DNA of 64,000 bases, taken from assembly GCA_963675745.2 (NCBI GenBank), contig CAXXWX010000005.1, positions 32,001-96,000 of the forward strand, in the 5' to 3' direction. Position numbers and translations under genes: made by a program. Origin of the DNA: Phycisphaerae bacterium (lineage in GTDB: Bacteria > Planctomycetota > Phycisphaerae > UBA1845 > Fen-1342). A model generated the notes under the pieces. That model was not told where the DNA came from. It did not search any database and saw only the letters and a list, made by a program, of their open reading frames with translations. Shown here piece by piece: positions 9,360 to 18,990 of the stretch (position 1 is its first letter; every line of letters starts with the position of its first letter).

Positions 9360-10259
9360 ATGGAAAGCAACTCACAAGCCGCACGCGCGCACGCAAACCC
9401 GGAGTGGGTGCACAGTCTGAGACTGCTCCTGGCGATTGGCGTGGTCTGGGCTTTGCTACATTTCCTGGTAACCGGGTTGGTGTTGCCACGCGGGCTTGAC
9501 CGGCCGCCGGTCATCGCCGCCAGTGGCGGATTGGCCGCCCCCGCACTGGTCATCGCGCTCCTGCTCGGAACGACTATCGGTGTCTTCATCGCCGGACGCG
9601 CCAACGTACGTGGCGCACTGCTGGTCTCCATTCCGGCCCTGGTTATTTGGGCATCGTTCGGCGGCACGATGGACAAGTGGCTGACGATGTGCAACGTCGA
9701 GGCCGGCCCACCAGTTGGGGCGCCCTATTGGCCGTTGATGGCTGATTATCTGGTCTTGTTTATCGCGGTGGCGGGCGTGATAGCGATCGGCGCCGTGTCC
9801 GAACGCCGAGGCTCGATATCGCGCGTGCTGCGCCTGAAAGACGCGCGACGCGACCTGGCCGGCGGGCTCGCGACGCTGGCGCTCGTTGTTATCGTGGCCA
9901 CGGTGGTCATGGGCGTGCTGATGGGACCGGCGGTGAGCCAGACGCACCGCGGGCAAGTGTACTTCGCCGTGCTGGTGGCGTTTTTTGCAGGCGCGTTCAC
10001 AGCGCGCTCGGTTCTCGGACAACAACACCAGATCTGGTACTGGTTGGCGCCATTTGTCGTCGGTCTGGCCGGATTGATCGTGGCGGCAGCCTGGCCGGCC
10101 CTGATGATCCCGGACACATACCGCAAATTGAACCTGCTGCCAGCCTGGTGGCTGGCTCGACCTCTGCCGGTCGAGATGGTCGGCGTGGGCCTGCTTGCTA
10201 TTATCTGGTCAGTGGGCGGCCACACACCGCGCGACCAGCACCGATCCGCGCGTGATTGA
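9360..10259 (+). CDS. Polytopic membrane protein
   Basis: 299 aa with about 8 hydrophobic segments. Confidence 0.75.
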   Translation: MESNSQAARAHANPEWVHSLRLLLAIGVVWALLHFLVTGLVLPRGLDRPPVIAASGGLAAPALVIALLLGTTIGVFIAGRANVRGALLVSIPALVIWASFGGTMDKWLTMCNVEAGPPVGAPYWPLMADYLVLFIAVAGVIAIGAVSERRGSISRVLRLKDARRDLAGGLATLALVVIVATVVMGVLMGPAVSQTHRGQVYFAVLVAFFAGAFTARSVLGQQHQIWYWLAPFVVGLAGLIVAAAWPALMIPDTYRKLNLLPAWWLARPLPVEMVGVGLLAIIWSVGGHTPRDQHRSARD

Positions 10260-10345
10260 GTATCGCTCCGCCAGACAGCGCCGGCGCCGGCGCCGGTCAC
10301 CAGTTTCCCGCGGGCTCCAGGGGGCACGGATTCCGGAGCGGCACA

Positions 10346-10546
10346 ATGTCCAGGCGCCGACCGCCCGACAAAGACGAAACCAGAGAGGAGATGCAGCGGC
10401 GCCTGGTCGCCGAAACGTCCGTTTATCTGACCGAGTGCCTCAGGCACCCCGAGCTGGCGACACGCATCCCCATCATCCAGGCCGGGACCGGTCATTTCCC
10501 ACCGTCACTCACTCCGGCCTTCTGGAATGCGATCCTGTACGAGTAG
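10346..10546 (+). CDS. Small hypothetical protein (66 aa)
   Basis: GGAG RBS before ATG 10346; fills the gap between two plus-strand genes. Confidence 0.55.
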   Translation: MSRRRPPDKDETREEMQRRLVAETSVYLTECLRHPELATRIPIIQAGTGHFPPSLTPAFWNAILYE

Positions 10547-10591
10547 GCCACGCCGCGACATTGCCGCGACGCGGTATGATATGAACGGCCC

Positions 10592-11950
10592 ATGCGGATA
10601 CTTGCGATACAGTTTGCCTCCAGCGTGACCGGTCGTCCGGTTCCGCGTTTTGACGCGCACCTCGGCACGTTGCTGGCGCTGCTCGGCAGTCGTGGGCACG
10701 AGATCGCGCTTCTCGGCCTGGCGCGTTTCGACATACCGCTGATCAAGGCCGCCATGGCCCGCAGCTTGCCGCAGTTGATCTATGCGGATATCAGCGGCGT
10801 GTGCGTTGATCTGGCCCGGCGGACATTCGAGCACATCCGCCAGCATGAATCGCTGTCGATTGTCGCCGGCGGCGTGTATCCAACCGTGGACCCCGCCGGA
10901 AGCCTGAGCCTGCCGGGTGTACAAGCCGTCGCCATCGGCGAGCCCGACGCCAGCCTGGTTACATATCTCGAACGCATGAAGGACCCCGCGATTGCTCAGG
11001 TGGTCCTCGGCGTGTGGTTGCGGGACGAGCGCGGCGTGGCACTGCCCAAGATGCCGTCGCTGGTCGAGGATCTCGACTCACTGCCCCACCCCGAGCGCGA
11101 CCTGTTTGGCTATGCGGCGCATGTGCAACGCACCAACGAGATCGAGATCGCCACGGGACGGGGCTGCCCGCAACGCTGCGCCTACTGCGTCAATGAACAC
11201 TTCCGCAGCCGCTACAGCGACGACGATGAGTGGGTGCGACACCGTTCACCAGATGACATACTCGACGAGATCGACCAGCTCAGGGCGCGGTGCCAGCCGG
11301 TGCGCCTGGTGCGCTTCCTCGACCATGCCTTCGCTCTCGATACCGAATGGCTCGACGCCTTTCTGGATCGCTACGTATTCCGCTGCGCCTTGCCGTTCCG
11401 TTGTCACTTGCGGCTCAACCGGGCGACCGAGGATATCATTGGCATGCTCGACAGCGCGGGTTGCCATCTGGTGGACGTCGAGCTGATCAGCGGCAGCGAT
11501 TTCATCCGCAACGAGATCTTCCACATGGATCTGTCGGCCGAGCAGATAGAGGCGGCTTTTGCGCGTCTGCACCGCACGAACATCCGCACACGCGCGATCG
11601 TGTATCTCGGCGCGCCGTATGAAAGCGAAGCGTCGCTCGCCGACACACGCACACTGCTGCGTCATCTGAAACCCACAGTCGTTGACGCCCGGCCCTATTA
11701 CCCGTTTCCCGGCACGCTTGCCGCAGAAACCTGTAGCGAAAACGGCTGGGTCCATGCGCGCGGCGTGGACCAGTATCACAGTGATCGCAACGGCATCGAC
11801 ATGCCCGCGTGCCGCCCCGACCTGGTCGCCGCCCAGATCCGCCGGCTGCGCGCCGAATTCCCCGGCGCGCTCGATGAGCCGTGGTGGCGCCGCTGGTCCC
11901 AGGCCTCACGCGTCGCGCTGGGGCAGCTATTCGACAAGCGGCGAGCCTGA
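10592..11950 (+). CDS. B12-binding-domain radical SAM protein
   Basis: GGVYPT and IGEPD motifs, LDSLPHPER linker, GRGCPQRCAYC (CX3CX2C), PFPGT. Confidence 0.9.
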   Translation: MRILAIQFASSVTGRPVPRFDAHLGTLLALLGSRGHEIALLGLARFDIPLIKAAMARSLPQLIYADISGVCVDLARRTFEHIRQHESLSIVAGGVYPTVDPAGSLSLPGVQAVAIGEPDASLVTYLERMKDPAIAQVVLGVWLRDERGVALPKMPSLVEDLDSLPHPERDLFGYAAHVQRTNEIEIATGRGCPQRCAYCVNEHFRSRYSDDDEWVRHRSPDDILDEIDQLRARCQPVRLVRFLDHAFALDTEWLDAFLDRYVFRCALPFRCHLRLNRATEDIIGMLDSAGCHLVDVELISGSDFIRNEIFHMDLSAEQIEAAFARLHRTNIRTRAIVYLGAPYESEASLADTRTLLRHLKPTVVDARPYYPFPGTLAAETCSENGWVHARGVDQYHSDRNGIDMPACRPDLVAAQIRRLRAEFPGALDEPWWRRWSQASRVALGQLFDKRRA

Positions 11951-11989
11951 TTCACCACTTTGGCCCCCGCCGATCATCGCACTTCGAGC

Positions 11990-12763
11990 CTACTCGCTTC
12001 GGCAGTACGGGCACCATCGCTCCCAACCCAGCAGCGTGCCGATACCCGCCGCGGTCACGCCGAAGATCAGGTAGGCCCTGCCGTACTTCTGAATCCAGCT
12101 CCAGATTCGATCGAACGTGCCGTTAACCAGCGTTGTGCCCGTGACGATGATCACGCTGGATTGGCGAACCAGTTCCTCCGTCTGTGTCTTCCCGTCCCAG
12201 ACCGTCACGCCGAATCTGCTGGCTCCGACGTTCTTCTGGTTCAGATCGGTGATGCGTACGTTCTCTGAACCCAGCGCGCCGACGAGCGCCTCGGCGATCG
12301 CCGGATTCAATCCGATGAGCCCGGCGGTGGCTCGCGACCATCTCTCGCTGACGTGGCCGGCAAGTTCCGTCGCGCATTTCTCCGGATCGTCGTCCCGGCA
12401 GTGCAGGCTGGCTTCGAGCGTCCCGAGCGACCGCAGCGTGGCGTTGAGCGCGGCGATGAAGATAGCGCGATCCTGATTCGATGTGAGCGGCAACGCCATC
12501 ACGTCGCGCAGCGTGCCGCCGAAAGCGCGCGGCGAGTCGGTGAAGGCGTGGCCCTTGGCGCCGTTGACCATGGCCTCGACCAGCCGCTCCTTGCCTTCGA
12601 TGATGGGGAAGTCGCGCCGCGTGGGGTTTCCGATCGCCTCCTCGGCACTCAGTGCCGATACGGCGACCGCGACGTCGGCGTCCAGCAGTACGTTCTCTTC
12701 AACGATCCGCGCAAACTTGAGCTTGGCCGCTGCCAGCGCACAAGTCGAATTCTCCACGCTCAT
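11990..12763 (-). CDS. DUF364 / Rossmann-like domain protein
   Basis: AIGNPTRRDFPIIEGKERLVEA; VIIVTGTTLVNGT; start overlaps the TauE stop (ATGA). Confidence 0.8.
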   Translation of the reverse strand: MSVENSTCALAAAKLKFARIVEENVLLDADVAVAVSALSAEEAIGNPTRRDFPIIEGKERLVEAMVNGAKGHAFTDSPRAFGGTLRDVMALPLTSNQDRAIFIAALNATLRSLGTLEASLHCRDDDPEKCATELAGHVSERWSRATAGLIGLNPAIAEALVGALGSENVRITDLNQKNVGASRFGVTVWDGKTQTEELVRQSSVIIVTGTTLVNGTFDRIWSWIQKYGRAYLIFGVTAAGIGTLLGWERWCPYCRSE

Positions 12764-13551
12764 ATTCCAACTCCAAAAAACGACAGTAAGAACTTCATCG
12801 AGACATAAGCAAAGACGGCGCCGAACACAACTTTCAATCCGGCCGACGGAGACTTGCGGTTCAACGTTGCCCCCAGGTATGCCCCCGCCAGCGTCCCGAT
12901 GCAAGCCGGACCGGCGATGGCCAGGTCAACATAGCCCTGAGCGTACTTGAACGCCGCGCTGATCAGCGCATTAGCGGCGAAGCAGGTCAGGGAGCAGCCG
13001 ATGGCGATCTTGATCGGCGTCCGTAAGACCAGCGCGAACGCCGGCACCATGATCCCGCCTGTGCCAATGCCCAGCAGCCCGGGCAGCACGCCGCCGGCCG
13101 TGCCGATCGCCAGCTTGTAACCAAGTAACCCGCGCATCTGGCTTGCACCGGCCGGTGGGGCCGCCCGGCCGCCGCGAGACTCGCAAAGCCCCTCGATGAC
13201 CATGCGTACCGAGATCATCGTGAACACCAGCCCTGTTCCGAGATCCAGCCATCTACCGCGTTGGGCGATCCACAGAAAAGCGAACGAGAAGATGGTCGTG
13301 GCAACGACGCCGGCAATGATCACCGGAAAAATCAAGCGGATATCGACATGTCCAAGCCGGTGATGCCGAAAGCTCCCGGAAACTGTCGTGCAGAACACGG
13401 CCGCGGCACACGTGCCGGCCGCATACGCCGGGGACATACCGACACCGAAGCGGAGAAAGGGGATCAGAACGATTCCACCGCCGATGCCGAGCAGGCCGCC
13501 GAGCGTGCCGGCTACCAACCCAATAACCAGAACTCCCAGCGTCTCAGCCAA
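12760..13551 (-). CDS. Sulfite exporter TauE/SafE family membrane protein
   Basis: Duplicated GLLGIGGG / GLLGIGTGG motifs, about 8 TMs. The start codon is uncertain. Confidence 0.9.
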   Translation of the reverse strand: MAETLGVLVIGLVAGTLGGLLGIGGGIVLIPFLRFGVGMSPAYAAGTCAAAVFCTTVSGSFRHHRLGHVDIRLIFPVIIAGVVATTIFSFAFLWIAQRGRWLDLGTGLVFTMISVRMVIEGLCESRGGRAAPPAGASQMRGLLGYKLAIGTAGGVLPGLLGIGTGGIMVPAFALVLRTPIKIAIGCSLTCFAANALISAAFKYAQGYVDLAIAGPACIGTLAGAYLGATLNRKSPSAGLKVVFGAVFAYVSMKFLLSFFGVGI

Positions 13552-13803
13552 CTGTCATACCTGGACTTCCCTGATTCCGCTCCCGGTGGTGCGGGCACGA
13601 TGCGTTCCCCGCGGGCGCCGTGCAGCGGCTCAATATACTTCAGCGTACGTTATCCCGATCCGACAAGTGTACCAAACCGTGTTTCAGCTTCCCCCAGGTC
13701 ATGAGGACCATTCGACCACGACCAGCTTGGTCAAGCGTGGCGGCCGGCGTTACAATCCGCTCTGCTGTTCGCTTCCGTTTCACGCGGCCATGAGGTCCCA
13801 TGC

Positions 13804-15063
13804 ATGAACGTGATGGTTGTCGGCTCTGGCGGACGTGAGCATGCGCTGTGCCACGCACTCGCGCGCTCGCGGCTGCTCGACAAGCTCTTCATCTTGCCCG
13901 GAAACGCCGGGACCGCGGAGCTCGGCACTAATGTGCCTGGCGATGCCACGGATATCAAGCTGGCCGTCGAAGTGGCGCGGCGCGAGCAAATCGACCTGAC
14001 CATCATCGGTCCGGAAGCACCACTCGCGGCTGGCATCACCGACGCCTTTGCCGAGGCCGGTCTGCGCGTCTTCGGCCCAACGGCCGCCGCGGCGCGCCTC
14101 GAGGCCGACAAGGCCTTTGCCAAACAACTCATGCGCCAGCACGCCATTCCGACCGCCGAGGCGCGCGTCTTTGATGATTTCAGGCACGCCAGGGAATACA
14201 TCGCCACGCGCGACGACGCGCTGGTGGTGAAAGCCACGGGGTTGGCCCAGGGTAAGGGGGTCGTTGTCTGCGAAGACCCCGCCGACGGCATCAATGTCGC
14301 CGAGCAGATGCTCGTGAGCGGCAGGTTCGGCGAGGCCGGCCGGCAGATCATTGTCGAGGAACGCCTCGAAGGCCCGGAGGTATCGCTGCTGGCCATCGTT
14401 GACGGTCGCACGGCGTACATTCTCGAACCGGCCAAGGATCACAAACGCCTAGAAGATAATGACGAAGGCCCCAACACGGGTGGCATGGGAGCTTGTAGTC
14501 CAGCGGCTTCGCTTAACGCGGACACCTTGCACCAGATCGAGCAACGTGTCTTTGTGCCGGTGCTCGATGCGCTCGTGCGCCGGGAGATTCACTACCGTGG
14601 CGTGTTGTACGCCGGCTTGATGCTCACGCACGCCGGCCCGAAAGTGCTGGAGTTTAACTGCCGGTTCGGTGACCCTGAGATTCAGGCGGTGCTGCCACGG
14701 ATGCGCTCGGACCTGCTCGAAGTGCTTGATCTGGTCACACGCGGCAAGCTCGACCAGGCTGATATCCAATGGGATCCACGCCACGCGTTGTGCGTCGTGA
14801 TGGCGTCGGGCGGGTACCCCGGATCATATTCAACGGGCCTGCCGATCGCCGGATTGCCCGATACGCGCGACCGCGATGACCTCATCGTCTATCACGCCGG
14901 CACCCGGCGCTCTGGCGGTCAGCTACTGACTGACGGCGGCCGTGTGCTCGGCGTAACGGCGCTGGCGGATACACTCGCCGCCGCGCGCGCCAAAGCCTAT
15001 GAGACCGTTGACGGGATCAGTTTCGACGGCGCGTGTTACCGCCGCGACCTCGGATTGTCCTGA
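13804..15063 (+). CDS. purD: Phosphoribosylamine-glycine ligase
   Basis: VGSGGREHAL, GPEAPLAAG, GPNTGGMG, EFNCRFGDPE, HAGT, GGRVL. Confidence 0.97.
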   Translation: MNVMVVGSGGREHALCHALARSRLLDKLFILPGNAGTAELGTNVPGDATDIKLAVEVARREQIDLTIIGPEAPLAAGITDAFAEAGLRVFGPTAAAARLEADKAFAKQLMRQHAIPTAEARVFDDFRHAREYIATRDDALVVKATGLAQGKGVVVCEDPADGINVAEQMLVSGRFGEAGRQIIVEERLEGPEVSLLAIVDGRTAYILEPAKDHKRLEDNDEGPNTGGMGACSPAASLNADTLHQIEQRVFVPVLDALVRREIHYRGVLYAGLMLTHAGPKVLEFNCRFGDPEIQAVLPRMRSDLLEVLDLVTRGKLDQADIQWDPRHALCVVMASGGYPGSYSTGLPIAGLPDTRDRDDLIVYHAGTRRSGGQLLTDGGRVLGVTALADTLAAARAKAYETVDGISFDGACYRRDLGLS

Positions 15064-15098
15064 CGCGTTCAGTGCCGGGCACCACAGGAGGCGTACTC

Positions 15099-15494
15099 AT
15101 GCTCGAACCGGGCGACATTCACATCTACGTAACCGACGTAGCCCGCGCCGTACGCTTCTGGGCCGACGGCATGCAGCTCGAAATCGCCGAGAAAGAGATT
15201 ACCGCGCACAGCGGCTTTGCGCGTCTGGATTTCCCCGGCGGGTTGATGTCACTGCATCTGGTCGGCCCCGTGGATCCCTGGATCGCCGACCAGCGGCCCG
15301 AGCACGGTACGCGCCCGTCCATCAGCTTTGATGTGGCGACGGACGACTTCGATGCGACGCTTGTCCGTCTGATCGAGAACGGCGGCACACAGCTCGGCGA
15401 AATCGAGACATACAACGCGCTGCGCGTCGTATCCATCGCCGACCCGGACGGCAATATCTTCGAGCTGCTCGAAATACCGCCCGACGAAGAGTAG
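15099..15494 (+). CDS. VOC / glyoxalase family protein
   Basis: AGGAGG RBS; IHIYVTDVARAVRFW...DPDGNIFEL. Confidence 0.9.
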   Translation: MLEPGDIHIYVTDVARAVRFWADGMQLEIAEKEITAHSGFARLDFPGGLMSLHLVGPVDPWIADQRPEHGTRPSISFDVATDDFDATLVRLIENGGTQLGEIETYNALRVVSIADPDGNIFELLEIPPDEE

Positions 15495-15630
15495 TCGGCG
15501 CATCATGAGCCCGCTGGCGCGGTTTCAGAGTGGCGCCAATCTGCGAGGCGCCTCCTCGATCATGTGACACACGCCCGGCGCGTTGCTACACTCTCGGCAT
15601 TCCACATCATGCTCGCTGGAGTTGGGCCAC

Positions 15631-17092
15631 ATGCGCGGCAGACTGCATTACTCTGATCTTCATCGGCATGGCCATCGGCGCGGCCGTCGGAACCGGACTC
15701 TGGCTGGTGAAACGCGGGGCCGCCGCCGGCGACGTGCCACTGCCGGCCTATTGGGTGCCGACCGTCTGGACGCTCGAGCTGATCGGCCGGCATATGTTCA
15801 TCTCGGCACTCAAGATGATCATCGCCCCGTTGATCTTCGCCAGCATTGTCGCCGGCGTTACCAGCTTGCCCAACATGCGCGAGGTCGGCGCCATCGGCTG
15901 GAAAACTCTGGTCTACTACGCACTAACCACCACCGTCGCCGTGACCATTGGCCTGATCTGCGTGCTCACCATACAGCCGGGCAAGAAAGCCGCGCCGCTC
16001 AACGAGCGCAAAGTGCGCGTCGCGCAACTCGCGGCGCGCCAGGTGGAATATCGCGAAAAAACCGGCGTTGAGCCGATGGACCGTGACGGAGAGCCGACGC
16101 ACGACTACCTGCGCTGGCTCACGCAAAAAGAGTCGGCGGCCTTCGCCGGCACCGGCCAGCAGGCCCTCTTCGAAAAACTGGTGCGCGCCCGGGAGCGCAC
16201 GCCCGCCGACATGTTCGTCCAGGACATCATAAAGCCGATTCTGATGAATCCTTTTCAGGCCCTGGCCAAGGACCCGCCCAACGCGCTGGGCATCATATTC
16301 TTCGCACTGTTGTTCGGCATCGGCTGCACTTTTGTCGGCGACGTCGCGGCCCCCGTGGTCGGTTTCTTCAAGGCCCTTAACTCGATCATCATGCAGATCA
16401 CCCACTGGATCATGTCGGTTTCGCCCTTTGCCATCGCGTGCATAGTGGCGTGGCTCGTGGCGGAAAAGGGGCTCGAGGTCTTCGTTACCCTGGGTTGGTA
16501 TTGCGGCACCGTCATCGGCGGCATCGGCATCCATATCTGTATGTTGCTGGCGATCGCATGGCTGGTTGGTGGCAAGACCCCGCTGGCGATCTGGACCGGC
16601 ATCCGCGAAGCCTGGCTGATAGCGTTCAGCACGCGCTCCAGCGCGGCAACATTGCCCATCACCATGTCGTGCGCAACCGAAAAACTCCAAGTCTCCCCCA
16701 AGGTCGCCGGCTTTTCCCTGCCGCTCGGCGCGACGATGAACATGGATGGAACCGCGCTCTACGAGGGCGTCGCTGTCATCTTCCTCATCCAGATCTACGG
16801 CGGCCTGACGGATGTGCCTATCGCCGAGATGACCATGGTCGCGACATTCCTGATTTTCATCACGGCTGTGCTGGCTTCGGTCGGAGCGGCCGCGGTGCCC
16901 GATGCGGGCCTGGTGACCATGGTGCTGGTGGCCAGCGCCGTGGGCTTGCCGATTTACTACCTGCCGCTGATCTTTGCCGTTGACGCGTTTCTCGATATGT
17001 TCCGCACATCGACGAATGTGCTGGGTGATGTTGTGGGCGCGGTGGTGGTAAACCGGCTCGAGCGCAGCCGACTCGGGGACCCGCCTCCATAG
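15631..17092 (+). CDS. Dicarboxylate/amino acid:cation symporter (GltP/SDF family); likely +1 indel near the start
   Basis: FSTRSSAATLP, PLGATMNMDGTALY, DMFRTSTNVLGD. The best RBS+ATG (15631) is out of frame by one T at 15648-15649. Confidence 0.93.
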
Positions 17093-17114
17093 CCGCCGAC
17101 GTCCTCGTCGGCCG
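17090..17114. repeat. REP-like palindrome, family A copy 1
   Basis: TAGCCGCCGACGTCCTCGTCGGCCG; related copies at 18462, 42260 and 59304. Confidence 0.7.
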
Positions 17115-17229
17115 TCGCATGCCAGACAATCGTTGTTGGGTACAGAAGGCCCAACGTTACCGACGGTGGCCGCCGTCATCATTCAACTTGCGGCCGGAGA
17201 GAGTCAAACCCAACGCGCGGAGGAAACCA

Positions 17230-18432
17230 ATGAGCGCGATTCGACAGCTTGCCATCAAGACCCCCAACCAACCTTCCCTGCACGCGATTCCCGTCATCGG
17301 CACAGTGTTGCTTGCCCTGCTGGTCGCGCTGGCCGGGTGTGATAGAAAATCCTCGAGCAGCTCATCCGCGCCGTCGGACGAATCCTCCACCGCCGCGCGG
17401 CAGTCATCGAGCCCCGCACCAGCCGCCGCGAAGAGCGACGCGGCGTCGCGCCGTCCGGCCGCGGCCCCGGCCCCGGCCGCCAAGCCGTTCATCGAACGCG
17501 AGGACGCCAACGACCTGCGCATCGTCGTTTTCAACATCGACAGCGTCTACCCCGAGCGCAAGTACCTCATGAACCGCGCGTTCAAACGCGTGGTCAAGGC
17601 GCTCGATCCCGACATTCTCGCACTTCAGGAGATCGGCGGCATGCACTCGGCCGAGTTCGTAGCCGAGATGCTCGACGAGATTATGCCCTTGGCGGATGGG
17701 GCCAAGTGGCACGCGTACAAGGGTACCTCCAATCACATGGCGAACCTGATTGCCGCGAGATTCCCGTTGTCGATGACCGGTGATGTCACCGTGCCACCGG
17801 CACGCGAGGAAGGCGACCGCCAGGCCCGTGTCGCGTTTGCCCTGATCGACTTGCCGGATGACCGCTTTGCCACCGACCTGTATCTCACCAACCACCATTT
17901 CAAGAGTAGCGGCGGAGAAGCCAACGACGAGCTGCGCCAGGAAGAAGCCGATGCGCTGGTGAACTGGCTGCGCGATGCCCGCACGCCCGGCGACAGCGTG
18001 GACCTGCCGGAGAACACGCCCATCGTCGTTGTCGGTGACCTCAATACGGTCGGCGGACCCCAGATCATCAAGACCGTGCTCACCGGTGACATCCAGGATG
18101 AGCAGCGCTTCGGTGCCGATGCCGCCCCGGATTGGGATGACTCCCCAATGACCGACGCCAAGCCCAAGCACAATGCCGTCGGGCCGGATGTCTACACGTG
18201 GCGCAATGACCGCAGCGAATTCGACCCCGGTCGGCTGGACTACGTCATTTACAGCGACAGCGTGATGGAGGTGGCCCACTCATTCGTACTCAATACCACG
18301 ACCATGTCGGAGAAGCTCCTCGCCGACGCCGGACTTGAGACCTACGACGTGTGCGACGATGGTGTCGGTGTTGTCTTCGATCACTTGCCCCTGGTCGTGG
18401 ACTTCAGGTTGCCGGCGCCATCCGGCGAATAG
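17230..18432 (+). CDS. Endonuclease/exonuclease/phosphatase family lipoprotein
   Basis: Lipobox LAGC; IVVFNI, DILALQE, VVGDLN, RLDYVIYS, DHLPLVVDF. Confidence 0.9.
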   Translation: MSAIRQLAIKTPNQPSLHAIPVIGTVLLALLVALAGCDRKSSSSSSAPSDESSTAARQSSSPAPAAAKSDAASRRPAAAPAPAAKPFIEREDANDLRIVVFNIDSVYPERKYLMNRAFKRVVKALDPDILALQEIGGMHSAEFVAEMLDEIMPLADGAKWHAYKGTSNHMANLIAARFPLSMTGDVTVPPAREEGDRQARVAFALIDLPDDRFATDLYLTNHHFKSSGGEANDELRQEEADALVNWLRDARTPGDSVDLPENTPIVVVGDLNTVGGPQIIKTVLTGDIQDEQRFGADAAPDWDDSPMTDAKPKHNAVGPDVYTWRNDRSEFDPGRLDYVIYSDSVMEVAHSFVLNTTTMSEKLLADAGLETYDVCDDGVGVVFDHLPLVVDFRLPAPSGE

Positions 18433-18461
18433 ACGACCGGCGTGCAGTACGCGGAACCAGC

Positions 18462-18487
18462 GTGGCGGCCGACGTCCTCGTCGGCCG
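18462..18487. repeat. REP-like palindrome, family A copy 2
   Basis: GTGGCGGCCGACGTCCTCGTCGGCCG. Confidence 0.7.
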
Positions 18488-18541
18488 CTGCGTCGGGTTG
18501 ACGCGACACTCGACGGGCTGGGCGAGAACGGGCCACTGTCG

Positions 18542-18946
18542 ATGATCAAGCGAATCAGCATACAGTCGCGCGGACTCGGCCTGCACGAGATTACCGGCGA
18601 CGTGCAGGCGGTCGTGAGCGCCGCCGGCTGTACCGAGGGGCTCTGCACCATTCTGATTCAACACACGTCGGCCAGCCTGACGATTCAGGAAAACGCCGAC
18701 CCCAGCGCCCGGCATGATCTGGAGCGTTGGCTCGACCGCCTCGTGCCCGAAGCTGATCCCCACTATACCCACACACACGAAGGCCCCGACGACATGCCGG
18801 CCCACATCAAAGCAGCCCTCACCGCGACGTCACTGGCGATTCCCGTGCTTGACGGGCGCCTGGCGTTGGGCACCTGGCAGGGTGTTTATATCTGGGAGCA
18901 CCGCCGCCGCGGCGGCACGCGCCGCTGCGTCATTCACGTCGCATAA
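18542..18946 (+). CDS. yjbQ: YjbQ family (secondary thiamine-phosphate synthase)
   Basis: HTSASLTIQENADP, EGPDDMPAHIK, LGTWQGVY. Confidence 0.92.
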   Translation: MIKRISIQSRGLGLHEITGDVQAVVSAAGCTEGLCTILIQHTSASLTIQENADPSARHDLERWLDRLVPEADPHYTHTHEGPDDMPAHIKAALTATSLAIPVLDGRLALGTWQGVYIWEHRRRGGTRRCVIHVA

Positions 18947-18990
18947 CACAGCCGCTCGAACGCCGCGCCCTGAACGGGCGCCCGTCGTGT

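Noticed and set aside
13552..13803. Purine or ZTP riboswitch upstream of purD
   Set aside because: No recognisable aptamer motif or terminator was seen.
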